In this document: in pieces, positions 1-10,341 of the stretch
Numbering within the stretch: the stretch's first letter is position 1
Layout: each line of letters opens with the position of its first letter
DNA from: Malacoraja senta
Taxonomy: Eukaryota
DNA: 64,000 nt
Direction: 5' to 3'
NCBI GenBank assembly: GCA_038087875.1
Contig: CM075992.1
Span: 3,474,001 to 3,538,000 of the forward strand
Made by a program: the position numbers and the translations under genes
The notes under the pieces: generated by a model
The model's input: only the letters and a program-made list of their open reading frames with translations
What the model was told of the DNA's origin: nothing
The model's database searches: none

Positions 1-89
1 TCCTCATCATGCTTCCGTTCAGCTTCTGTTCTCTGCTCTTTCACCTCTGAGCAGTCTTTGAAGTATTCGTAGCTGGACGGCTCAGGCAT
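1..89 (-). CDS. Probable first coding segment of an unidentified gene (MPEPSSYEYFKDCSEVKEQRTEAERKHDE...), running off the left edge
   Basis: Non-repetitive sequence. The ATG (+ strand cat, 87-89) is the first Met after an upstream in-frame TGA, and the frame is open to the window edge. An acceptor-like ttttttaattctttacag puts the exon start at 317. Product not recognised. Confidence 0.4.
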   Translation of the reverse strand, partial: MPEPSSYEYFKDCSEVKEQRTEAERKHDE

Positions 90-670
90 GCCGCTGATTC
101 TTCGTTGGAGAGGGAATATACGACACAAATCTTTCGGACACTGGAGGAGCCTTGATTTAAGCAATTCCTCTGCCCAATTGAAATATCAGAAAACCACCAA
201 CTTGCACCAACTTCTCCATTTCCTCCAATTATGTAACTTAAAGATGATCATTTGCCGTGAGTTCTGCTGTGCTCAGCACATGCGAGCTTGCGACATAACA
301 GCAAAAAAAACGCACGCCTGTAAAGAATTAAAAAACTTATGGCCAGTCTATTTTGCTCTAAACATTATTCCCTTAACATGTATCTATACACTGTAAATGG
401 CTCGATTGTAATCACGTATTGCCTTTCCGCTGACTGTTTAACCCGGAACAAAAAGATTGTCACTGTACCTCGGTACACGTGACAATAAACTACACTGAAA
501 CTCCTTATCAATCTTCCTGAGTTGGACAAAACTTGGCCCTTTTGTGAAAGAAAGAGTTCTGTTTCCTTTAAGAGTCAAGAGTGTTTTATTTTCATATGTC
601 CCGGACGGGACAATGAAATTCTTACTTGCGGCAGCACAACAGAATATGTGAATATGTAAACACCTTTATT

Positions 671-724
671 GTGGTGGGAGATTGCAACCTTCACGTGGTC
701 CGCCCTGTTTCGACGAATGCAATC
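671..724 (+). ncRNA. Minimal HDV-like ribozyme (family A)
   Basis: P1 GUGGUGG/CCGCCCU (GGGGUGG in other copies, G1-U wobble), P2 GAUUGCA/UGCAAUC, P3 ACC/GGU, L3 UUCACGU, reduced P4 (GUUUCGA), J4/2 CGAA. Confidence 0.75.
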
Positions 725-800
725 AACCCGGCGTTACAATCAAATAAGATTAAATAGAACAAGTTGTCCTACAACTTTAGGCTGTGCACACCATACGCAG
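671..800 (+). mobile_element. Ribozyme-headed short retroposon, family A (3' tail eroded)
   Basis: Same sequence as the - strand copies at 2143-2284, 49593-49987 and 56704-56832. HDV-like fold at 671-724. Confidence 0.8.
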
Positions 801-803
801 CAT

Positions 804-878
804 TTATTACCCTTGTAGTATTTCTATTACCCTCGTAGTATTTTTTATTACCCTTGTAGTATTTTTATTACCCTCGGA
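804..878 (+). repeat. Minisatellite, about 21-bp unit (tttattacccttgtagta..), about 3.5 copies
   Basis: Direct reading of the tandem units. Confidence 0.8.
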
Positions 879-1049
879 GTATTTTCCACAGCACTTTAGA
901 AACAACAACACATGGTTGGTGAAAACCAAGACGACTCCAATTGCTGGAAATCGAAAAGGAAAACAGAAACCGCTGGAAACAATTAATAAGGCTGGGCAGA
1001 ATCTGTGGATTGAGAAACTGTTAAGACTTCAGTTTGATAGCCCTTAATT

Positions 1050-1378
1050 TTGTTTAGTTTGGTATAGTTTAGAGATACAGCGTGGAAACAGGCGCTCCGG
1101 CCCACCGGGTCCACGCCGACCGGCGATCCCCGCACACTGACACTATCCTACACCCACGAGGGACAAGTTTTACATTTACTAAAGCCACTTAACCGACAAA
1201 CCTGTGCGTCTTTGGAGTGTGGGACGAAACTGAAGATCTCGTAGAAAACGCACGCAGGTCACGGGGAGAATGTACAAACTCCGTACAGACAGCACCCGTA
1301 GTCAGGATCGAACCCGGGTCTCCGGCGCTGCATTCGCTGTAAAGCAGCAACTCTACCGCTGCGCCACCGTGCCGCCCC
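1050..1378 (-). mobile_element. HE1-type tRNA-derived SINE, full length. One of about two dozen copies or fragments (e.g. 4656-4960+, 9520-9717-, 21407-21763+, 23709-24005+, 24683-25000+, 35870-36175-, 40365-40615+, 46362-46688-, 48058-48360+, 48725-48998-, 55383-55665-, 59876-60215-, 62740-63620+)
   Basis: tRNA-like head with box A (tggcgcagcggtag) and box B (ggttcgatcc), a conserved core, a CR1-like 3' end (gggccgaagggcctgtttcc) and a (ctaaa)n tail. Confidence 0.9.
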
Positions 1379-1455
1379 AATGCTCATAGTAAAGGCACAA
1401 CTTTATTATGCTGGCGGGAGTGGAAGAGTCACTGTCAGTATGGTCATGTACTTAC

Positions 1456-1689
1456 CAGCTCCTCGCGGCCCCACTCAATTATATTGTGCACAGGGAGTAT
1501 ACCTCTACATGAGTAGCTAATCACACAGCTAACCACATAGTCACTTGCACCGGTTCTTATCGTGTCCAGAACAGACTTGTTTTTCTCTATCTGTGGTTCT
1601 ACTTGGTTTTGTGCCTCCCTCCATCCCTGTTTACCCACAACATCCTTTGCAGTTCTGCAGAACCACCTGTTGGTCATTAGCTGGCAATT
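1456..1689 (-). other. Candidate exon, 234 nt, open in phase 0 (NCQLMTNRWFCRTAKDVVGKQGW...IIEWGREEL)
   Basis: Acceptor ctttacttgcttag, donor CTG|gtaagt, length divisible by 3, non-repetitive. Protein not recognised; it could be a UTR exon or chance. Confidence 0.25.
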
Positions 1690-2027
1690 CTAAGCAAGTA
1701 AAGCAGGCTCACTGGGGCAACATGCAATCTGTCATTGTCCACATTAACTCTTAAACTCACATCCTCCTCTGCATTCCTGGCAGCATCAGTGGAGGGATAT
1801 AGACCTTGGGTCGGGACCCTACTTCAGTCTGGTGGGGCAGAGGAGAGATAGGGGGTGATGAGAGGTGAGCAGAAGGGGTGGGGCAAGATTTGATGATGAT
1901 CAACATGATAAGCTCATTCAGAGTCCCCTTGTGGTACAAAGTGGTCAGAGACATTGAATAATGAGGATTACAGCGATGATCAGCACGAAGATAGATCCAT
2001 AATGTAATGTTGATTCCCAAAGTCCAC

Positions 2028-2640
2028 CGGGGCTGTCATATGCTGAGAGAATGGAGCGGCTGGGCTTGTACACTCTGGAATTTAGAAGGATGAGAGGGGA
2101 TCTTATTGAAACATATAAGATTATTAAGGGTTTGGACACGCTTCTTCTTCTTCTCGCGTATGGCGTGCACAGCCTAAAGTTGTAGGACAACTTGTTCTGT
2201 TTGATCTTATTTGATTGTGCATGCCAGGTTGATTGCATTGGTTGAAACAGGGCAGACCAAGTGAAGGTTGCGATCTCCCACCCCGTTTGGACATGCTAGA
2301 AGCAGGAAACATGTTCCCAATGTTGGGGGAGTATAGAACCAGGGGCCACAGTTTAAGAATAAGCAGTAAGCCATTGAGAAGGGAGATAAGGAAAAACTTT
2401 TTCACACAGAGAGTTGTGAGTGTGTGGAATTCTCTGCCTCAGAGGGTGGTGGAGGCTGGTTCTCTGGATGCTTTCAAGAGAGAGTTAGATAGAGCTTTTA
2501 GGGATAGTGGAGTCAGGGGATATGGAGAGAAGGCAGGAACGGGGTACTGATTGGGGATGATCAGCCATGATCAAATTGAATGGCGGTGCCGAATGGCCTA
2601 TTCCTGCACCTATTGTCTGTTGTCTATTGACTATTGTCTA
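2028..2640 (+). mobile_element. HER1/CR1-clade LINE 3' fragment. Other copies: 4017-4290+, 5521-6026+, 10913-11406+, 12580-12953+, 13210-13545-, 15650-15963+, 16455-16755-, 18915-19270-, 31010-31410+, 36745-37125-, 49697-49967+, 53460-53740+, 54951-55260+
   Basis: RT C-terminus RTRGHSLRI..FFTQRVVSVWNSLPQ..FKRELD, a conserved 3' UTR and a (ctattgt)n or (tttctatg)n tail. Confidence 0.92.
2143..2284 (-). mobile_element. Ribozyme-headed short retroposon, family A, full length
   Basis: Inserted in a CR1 with a 13-bp TSD gtttggaca(c/t)gct (2130-2142 / 2285-2297). Begins GGGGTGG and ends catacgc..(aag)n. Confidence 0.88.
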
Positions 2641-2731
2641 CTGCACCAATTAAAAGGCCACCAGCTACTTCCTTCATGAAACCCTTACGAATGACTTAGA
2701 ATTTTCCTGATCTTATTAACCTCTTGGGATA

Positions 2732-2862
2732 GACAAAAGTGCTGGAGAAACTCAGCGGGTGCAGCAGCATCTATGGAGCGAAGGAAATAGGCAACGTTTC
2801 GGGCCGAAGCCCTTCTTCAGACTTTTGTCTACCTTCGATTTTCCAGCATCTGCAGTTCCTTC
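2732..2862. mobile_element. Penelope-like terminal fragment (inverted pair) inserted in env
   Basis: Flanked by the 16-bp duplication ttaacctcttgggata (2716-2731 / 2863-2878). Confidence 0.8.
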
Positions 2863-3275
2863 TTAACCTCTTGGGATATGTGGGCTGCCAAATTGGTTGT
2901 GTTGGAGGACTCATCAGGGATGTAGGTGCAGCATTCTTGCCCTATTATGGCACCTTTTTCGGCCAAAATAAAGTCCAAAGCCGTGCGATTCTGCAAGGCC
3001 TCGGTGCGGAGTGTAACCAGCTTGGCCGTCACAGAGGAGAGGGCCTTCTGCGTATCCGTAAGGGCATTTGCGGTTTCCTTAGCCAGTTTCTCCATAGCCG
3101 ATGCCATGTTGATCAGTTCTCGTGAGGCGCGGGCCGTCCCATAGAAGGGAAAGGCAATCATCCAAAACCGTTGAGATTCGGATATGCCTCGTTTGGACCG
3201 TAAGGGGAAGGATAACTCGGCCACCTGTACCCTAGTTCCAGCCTACACACTAGGGGACAATTTACAGACGCCAAT

Positions 3276-3368
3276 GGGATGCAGGCAGAAGCCTCCACGT
3301 GGCGCATCCCGGGCAATGCTGACGACAGGAACTGTACCGCAGTGACCGACTGAAGCAGCCAATTCTGC
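3276..3368 (+). ncRNA. HDV-like ribozyme (family B), canonical fold
   Basis: P1 GGGAUGC/GCAUCCC (3276-82 / 3304-10), P2 GCAGAA/UUCUGC (3285-90 / 3363-68), P3 GCC/GGC, L3 UCCACGU, P1.1 GG, long P4 region, J4/2 GCCAA. Confidence 0.88.
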
Positions 3369-3443
3369 AACCACCGACCGTCAACCGTCACTGACCGACC
3401 GGAAAGACGTGATGTGGAAGATGGCCGGACACGAGGAAGAAGA
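3276..3443 (+). mobile_element. Ribozyme-headed short retroposon, family B (168 nt)
   Basis: Inserted in an HE1 SINE with a 12-bp TSD acaga(c/t)gccaat (3264-3275 / 3444-3455). Tail ggacacgaggaagaag. Confidence 0.88.
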
Positions 3444-5140
3444 ACAGATGCCAATTAACCTACAAACCCGCACCTCTTTGGAGTGTGGGAGAACAGCACC
3501 TGGAGTCAGGAGTTTGTACGTTCTCCCCGTGACCACGTGGGTTTCCTCCGGGTGCTCCGGTTTCCTCCCACGTCCCAAAGACGTGCGGGTTTGTAGGTTA
3601 ATTGGCCCTCTGTAAATTCCCTCTAGTGTGTAGGGAGTGGATGAGAAAGTGGGATAACGGATTACTGGCATGAACGGGTGATCGAAGGTCAGCGCGTACC
3701 CGGTGGGCCCAAGGGACCATTTTCATACAGCATCTTTCAAACAACCAGTAGACTCAGCGATGTTAAGAAAATTAAGCGTCACTTCTTGGTCGCTTTCGAC
3801 GTTTTTGTCTCGTCTATGTTGGGGGAGCAAATATAAAGCGGTTTGGCTGACAGCCGGGAACTATCCAATGAGTGACTGAAGCTAGACACAAAACGCTGGA
3901 GTAACTCAGCGGGACAGGCGGCATCTCTGGAGAGAAGGAATTGGTGACGTTTTTCGAGTCGAGCCCGAGTCTGAAGAAGGGTCTCGACCCGAAACCTCAC
4001 CCATTCCTTCTCTCCAGGACTGAGATGAGAAAAACATTTTTCACACAGAGAGTGGTGAATCTCTGGAATTCTCTGCCACAGAATGTAGTTGAGGCCAGTT
4101 CATTGGCTATATTTAAGAGGGAGTTAGATGTGGCCCTTGTGGCTAAAGGGATCAGGGGGTATGGAGAGAAAGCAGGTACAGGATACTGAGTTGGATGATC
4201 AGCCATGATCACATTGAATGGCGGTGCAGGCTCGAAGGGCCGAATGGCCTACTCCCGCACCTATTTTTCTATGTTTCTATGTTTCTATGAGATGCTGCCT
4301 GTCCCGCTGAGTTACTCCAGCATTTTGTGTCTATCTTTGGTTTAAACCAGCATCTGCAGTTCCTTCAGACACGAGTGACTGAAGCATTTGTTTAATTTAC
4401 GATTGGTTGGTGGGGGAGGAAGGTTGCCATGGAGATTGATGTGTTGTCCCGCCAATGACAGGAGGATGGGGGGGCGGTGAGAGGTTGGAGACGGGGGAAC
4501 GTGTGATGACTTTAGCTCCAGCTGGCAACCATTTCAGTAGTTGCATTTGGGATGTCATAGACATTTGCAACACAGAGGTACGAACATCGATTTCTCTAAC
4601 TTCAAGTAACCCCTGCATTCATTCCCTCTCTCTCCATCCATCACCCACCCATGGTGGGCACGGTGAAGCAGCGGTAGAGTTGCTGCCTCACAGCGCCAGA
4701 GACCCGGGTTCGATCCTCACTACGGGTGCTGTCTGTACGGAGTTTGCACGTTCTCCCCGTGACCTGCGTGGGTTTTCTCCGAGATCTTTGCTTTCCTCCC
4801 GCACTCCAAAGACGTACAGGTTTGTGGTTAATTGGCTTGTATATGTGTAAACTGTTCCTAGTGTGTTTAGGATAGTGTTAGTGTGCGGGGATTGCTGGTC
4901 GGTGCGGACTCGGTGGGCCGAAGGGCCTGTTTCCACGCTGTATCTCTAACCTAACCTAAACCCTAGTCGTACCAGCTTCAAAGTCGTCTTATTGTTGAAC
5001 TCGTTCTCCCCCAACAAACAGCTAACAATGACCTACTTCTTTATTATCGTTACCTTTTTGCATATCTTTCATTCATTTGCTCTATATCTCTCTACGCCAC
5101 CATCTATTTATCTCGTTCCTCTTTTCCCTGACCCTCGAGT

Positions 5141-5171
5141 CTGAAGAAGGGTCTCGACCCGAAACGTCACC
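5141..5171 (+). ncRNA. Minimal hammerhead ribozyme core of a Penelope-like element. Further cores at about 7922-7949-, 8920-8947-, 10251+, 19880+, 25085+, 30034+, 37923-37950-, 38965+, 41439+, 45753-45780-
   Basis: CUGAAGA, stem II (GGGUC-UC-GACCC or GGGU-UUCG-GCCC), GAAAC, then GUC or GUU. Lies downstream of GIY-YIG coding fragments, as known for PLE hammerheads. Confidence 0.75.
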
Positions 5172-6026
5172 AATTCCTTCTCTCCAGGAGACGCTGCCTG
5201 TCCCGCTGAGTTTACTCCAGCTTTTGATGTCTATCTTCCAGTTTACCAACATATCCTCGGCACAGAGCAATGTAGCGGATGGATGGTTGTGACAGTAACT
5301 CAAAGGGTCGATGGCCCATTAGGACTTCCTCTTCAGCCAACCTGTCAGCTACTGTAGGATCTTCATTCCAGACATGTTCTCCCTTGGGCCAGTTCCCAGC
5401 CTCTACTGCAGTTAGAGTCGATGATGTCTACTTTGTAAGCATTTCAGTCCCATTAACTCTCAAACTTGGATAGAAATGCTCATAAAAAAGTGCTGGAGTA
5501 ACTCAGCGAGTCAGGCAGCATTGAGGGAGTGCAGCGTAGGTTTACAAGGTTAATTCCGGGATGGCGGGACAGTCATATGCTGAGAGAATGGAGCAGCTGG
5601 GCTTGTACACTCTGGAGTTTTAGAAGGATGAGAGGGGATCTCATTGAAACATATAAGATTGTTAAGGGCTTGGACACGCTAGAGGCAGGAAACATGTTCC
5701 CGATGTTGGGGGAGTCCAGAACCAGGGGCCACACACAGTTTAAGAATAAGGAGTAAGCCATTTAGAACGGAGACGAGGAAACACTTTTTCTCACAGAGAG
5801 TGGCGAGTCTGTGGAATTCTCTGCCTCAGAGGGCGGTGGAGGCAGGTTCTCTGGATGCTTTCAAGAGAGAGCTAGATAGGGCTCTTAAAGATAGCGGAGT
5901 CGGGGGATATGGGGAGAAGGCGGGAACGGGGTACTGATTGGGGATGATCAGCCATGATCACATTGAATGGCGGTGCTGGCTCGAAGGGCCAAATGGCCTA
6001 CTCCTGCACCTATTGTCTATTGTCTA

Positions 6027-6190
6027 TCTGTGGAGAACATGGATAGGTGACGTTTCACAGAGTGCTGGAGTAACTCAGCGGGTCAGGCAGCATCTGTGGT
6101 GAACATGGATAGGTGACGTTTCACAGAGTGCTGGAGTAACTCAGCGGGTCAGGCAGCATCTGTGGAGAACATGGGATAGGTGACGTTTCG
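6027..6190. repeat. 66-bp tandem repeat (about 2.5 copies) derived from the PLE terminus
   Basis: Units start at 6027, 6093 and 6159. Confidence 0.8.
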
Positions 6191-6899
6191 GTTTGGGACC
6201 CTTCAGGTTGATTGTAGCAGGGGAACGGGAGCTGGAAGTGAGCTGGGGGCAGGACAAAGGTGGATACAAAGGTGCTGGAATTACTCAGCGGTTCAGGCAG
6301 CATTTCCGGAGAAACATGAAAAGGTAATGTTTCCGGTCGGGACCCTTCTTCAGAATGATGCCTAAAGTAGGGTCCTGAAATCTCACCTCTACATGTTCTC
6401 CAGAGATGCTGCCTGAGCTGCTGAGTTACTGCAGCACGACTCAGCGGGTGAGGCAGCATCTCTAGGGAACATGGTGAGGATCTCCAGAAACCAAGAACCG
6501 CTGATGGTGGCTTTATGTAAACCAGCATTTGCAGTTCCTTGATTCTACAAGTGATGGGTGGATACAGGTGAGGGGAGGGGTGGGGCTTCTGTAATATTTT
6601 TCACATCGCTATGTGATTGATAACTAAAGAGATGCATTGTAGTCCCTTTTACTTAAGGGGAAAGGCGGAATATAATTTACTCTTTGGTCTTCCTTAGAAG
6701 GCTTAGTAAATTCGGCCATGTCGCACTGGTGTCAAAAATCATAAATGGGTAAACACAGTTTCTTGCCCTGAGTAGGGAAATCGAGAACCAGAGGACATAG
6801 GTTTATGGTGAGGGGGAAATGGTCCTAATAGGAACCAGTGGGATAACTTTTTTACACAAAGGGTGGCGGGTGTATGGAGTGAGCTGGCGGAGGAGGTAT

Positions 6900-6980
6900 C
6901 TTCTTCTTGCATATGGCGTGCACAGCCTAACAAAACACTACATCTATTTGTTTGTGCACGTTGGGTTGATTGCATTCGTG
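6900..6980 (-). mobile_element. Family A retroposon, 5'-truncated
   Basis: cttcttcttgcatatggcgtgcacagccta...gttgattgcattcgt matches the other copies. Confidence 0.75.
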
Positions 6981-7857
6981 GCATTTGAGGCAGGGACTAT
7001 CGCAACGTTTAAGAAGCTTTTAGACAGGTATGTGGATAGGACAGGTTGGAGGGATATGGGCCAAAAGCGGGCAGGTGGGACTAGTGTGGAGTGGGTGTGG
7101 TCGGTGTAGGCAAGTTGGGCCGAAGGGCCTGTTTCCGTGCAGTATCAGTCTGTGACTCTAGTGAGCAGCTACAGTGGGGGAACACTGGTTTCAAGATATC
7201 ACTTGATTCACAAGCTCTGTCATTGCTCAGAAAATCTCTCGCCTCCACAATGTCACAGCTTCCACCTATGTACTCTGAGACGTCACACTCCCTCATGCTG
7301 TGCATGGTTGGGTTCCAACACCTCTCTGCCTGCCCGTTTGAGGTGACAATGTTAGCACGGACTGTTTATTTTCAGACCAGATCTGTCTTTATTTGCAACT
7401 TCCCCTCAGAGCAGCTTAGTGGGACCAAGTGAATGGGTGAATGGGTGAAGATAGACACAGAATGCTGGAGTAACTCAGCGGGACAGGCAGCATCTCTGGA
7501 GAGAAGGAATGGGTGACGTTTCGGGTCGAGACCCTTCTTCAAACTTTCAAATGCTTCATAGTTCACAATAAGGCCATAAGGAATAGTCGTAGATTTAGGC
7601 CATTCGGCCCATCAAGTCTACTCAGCCATTCGATCATGGCTGATCTATCCCTCCCTCCTAACCCCATTCTCCTGCCTTCTCCCTGTAACCTCTGAACCCC
7701 TGTACTAACCAAGAATGTACAGGTAATCATGAATCACGGGTAGCCAAAATGTTCATCATGCTAGTGTGCGGGCATCGCCAGTCGGCGTGGACTCTCTCGG
7801 TTGGCCAAAGGGCCTGTTTCTGCGCTGTCCCTTGAAACTAAACCAAGCTAAATTAAA

Positions 7858-8080
7858 GGTAGACAAAAATGCTGGAGAAACTCAGCGGGTGAGGCAACAT
7901 CTATGGAGCGAAGGATTAGGTGACGTTTCGGGTCGAGACCCTTCTTCAGACGTCTGAAGAAGGGTCTCGACCTGAAAGGTCACCTATTTCTTCGCTCCAT
8001 AGATGCTGCCTCACCCGCTGAGTTTCTCCAGCATTTTTGTCTACCTTCGATTTTTCCAGCATCTGCAGCTCTTTCTTAAA
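7858..8080. mobile_element. Penelope-like terminal repeats in inverted (palindromic) arrangement
   Basis: The arms are reverse complements centred near 7951, each with a hammerhead core. Confidence 0.8.
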
Positions 8081-8561
8081 CAAGCTAAGTTAAAGGTCTC
8101 CAATTTCATTACAAACTATTCCCCGTAGCTCTTGAATTGAGGATGTTTCAAATTTATTTCATCAGGCGGTTATGAGTCAAACACATTACTTTGGACTGGA
8201 GTTCCATCACACGTGGCAATAGCACGAATCTCCTTCTCCAAGAGAGAGTTGTGGTCAAATTTGTTTTTATCAGAACCCAGTAGTTTCATGTTGACTAAAC
8301 TGAGTGTAGCAGTTCCGTCCAGATTTATTTCCTTAACAGTTTAAGTTTCGAAACTGTCATAGATGCTTTGAGCCATGCAGCACAACAACGTCATCGGCCC
8401 ACCAATTCTACATTAGCCATCAAGCACCCATCTCAATACTATCCCTCACGTTTTATTTTCCCTACCCTCATCGAACCCAGGTCCCTGCAGTAAACAAAAT
8501 GTGTAGGAAGAAACTGCAGATGTTGGTTTAAATCAAAGATAGACACAAAAAGCTGGAGTTA

Positions 8562-8875
8562 TAGCCCTGTCCCACGGTACGAGTTCATTCCAAGAGCTCT
8601 CCCGAGTTTTTAAAAAATCAGCCTCGTGGTAAGCACGGAGAATGAACGTGGCGGGTACGTCGGAGCTCGGGGACGTCTCTTAGCGGCTCATTACGCTAAC
8701 GGCAGGTACTCGGGAAGACTCGCTAATGGCAGGTAAGCACGGGAAGACTCGTGAAGATTTTTCAACACGAGAGCCCCGGGTACCGACGAGTGGCCATTAC
8801 CGTAAATCTCCGAGTTCGAATCAGGGCCAACTCGGGAGAGCTCTTGGAATGAACTCGTACCGTGGGACAGGGGTT
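8562..8875. mobile_element. PIF/Harbinger-like MITE
   Basis: Long TIRs N6-TGTCCCAC.../...GTGGGACA-N6, with a 3-bp TSD tta/taa splitting ctggag-taa-ctcagc. Confidence 0.8.
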
Positions 8876-9880
8876 TAACTCAGCGGGACAGGCAGCATCT
8901 CTGGAGAGAAGGAATGGGTGACGTTTCGGGTCGAGACCCTTCTTCAGACTCTGCTGAACTCTCGTCGTAGAGAGGAGGAGAACTTGTTCAAAGTAGACAT
9001 ACCTTGAGGAGATTTCGCAGTGGAGCAGACAAAATGTGTTGGAAGGAACTGCAGGTGCTGGTTTAAACCGAAGAGAGACACAAAATGCTGGAGTAACTCA
9101 GTGGGACAGGCAGCATCTCTGGAGAGAAGGAATGATTTGTAGAAGGGTCTTGAACCCTTCTACACTTCCTGAACCTGGACGTTACAGTTTTCAGGCTCCT
9201 TCACCTTCTCATGGTCTCGACCCGAAACGTCACCCATTCCTTCTCTCCAGAGATGCTGCCTGTCCCGCTGAGTTACTCCAGCATTTTGTGTCTGTCTTCG
9301 TTGTGAGGCAGCACCTCAGCCAAGCCTCATCCTACAAAGCCATCTATCCCAATAGCTTTAATCAATGGATCAATAGTTTCTTTATTGTCACGTGTACCAA
9401 GGTACAGTGAAATACTCTTTTTGCTGATCCTTGCAGTTCCTCCCTCCATGCTTATCACCGTACATAAGCATGGAGGAAGGAACTGCAGATGCTGGATTAT
9501 ACCGGAGATGGACACAGGAGCAATTTACAGAGGCCAACTGGCCAACAAACCCACACGTCTTTGGGATGTGGGAGGAAACCAGAGCACCCGGAGGAAACCC
9601 ACATGGTCACAGGGAGCACGTGCAGACTTCACAGAGTCAGCACTCGGGGTCAGGATTGAACCCGGGTCTCTGCCGCTGTGAGGGAACGGCTCTACCCACT
9701 GTGCCACCGTGCCGCCCCTTGTCCAGAGATGCTGCCTCACCCGCTGAGTTACTCCAGCATTTTGTGTCTACCTTCGATTTAAACCAGCATCGGCAGTTCT
9801 TTCTCATATAATCTTTCAGCCTTCCCTGTCAGGAAGTATATATTTATAGAATGCCTTGTAGTCAATGCCTACTATGTTCT

Positions 9881-10341
9881 ACATCGGTGAGACCAAGCGG
9901 AGGCTGAGCGATCGTTTCGCCGAACACCTCAGTTCGGTCCGCAATAATCAACCTGACCTCCCGGTGGCTCAGCACTTCAACTCCCCCTCCCATTCCGTAT
10001 CCGACCTCTCTGTCCTGGGTCTCCTCCATGGCCAGAGCGAGCAACACCGGAAATTGGAGGAAATGCACCTCATATTCCGCTTGGGGAGTCTGCATCCTGG
10101 GGGCATGAACATTGAATTCTCCCAATTTTGCTAGCCCTTGCTGTCTCCTCCCCTTCCTCAGCCCTCAGGCTGTCTCCTCCCATCCCTCAGCCCTCGGGCT
10201 CCTCCTCCGCCTTTTTTCTTTTCCTTTCTTCTCCCCACCCCCCCGTCAGTCTGAAGAAGGGTTTCGGCCCGAAACGTTGCCTATTTCCTTCGCTCCATAG
10301 ATGCTGCTGCACCCGCTGAGTTTCTCCAGCATTTTTGTCTA
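9881..10341 (+). mobile_element. Penelope-like element 3' fragment: GIY-YIG endonuclease C-terminus plus hammerhead-bearing terminus
   Basis: YIGETKRRLSDRFAEH..PVAQHFN..RKLEEMHLIFRLGSLHPGGMN; 13-bp TSD cctactatgttct (9868-9880 / 10342-10354). The uninterrupted host sequence is visible on the - strand near 22690-22775. Confidence 0.9.

Larger units (their letters stand above)
1945..3232 (-). pseudogene. env: Endogenous retrovirus env, TM subunit, in three pieces (3232-2863, 2715-2641, 2027-1945)
   Basis: Furin site RSKR, fusion peptide, heptad repeat, immunosuppressive-domain motif LQNRTALDFILAEKG, degenerate CX6CC (AIIGQECCTYIPD), Trp-rich membrane-proximal segment (SSWWPFNW) and hydrophobic anchor (SIFVLIIAVILIIQCL*). 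Interrupted by PLE and CR1 insertions; one internal stop. Confidence 0.88.

Noticed and set aside
1300..1378. tRNA gene-like A and B boxes (many copies)
   Set aside because: These are HE1 SINE heads, not tRNA genes.
5240..5470. Open frame on the - strand (AGNWPKGEHVWNEDP..IRYIALCRGY)
   Set aside because: No recognisable homology and weak splice signals.
7170..7430. Unique island with open frames on both strands
   Set aside because: No recognisable protein or convincing splice sites.
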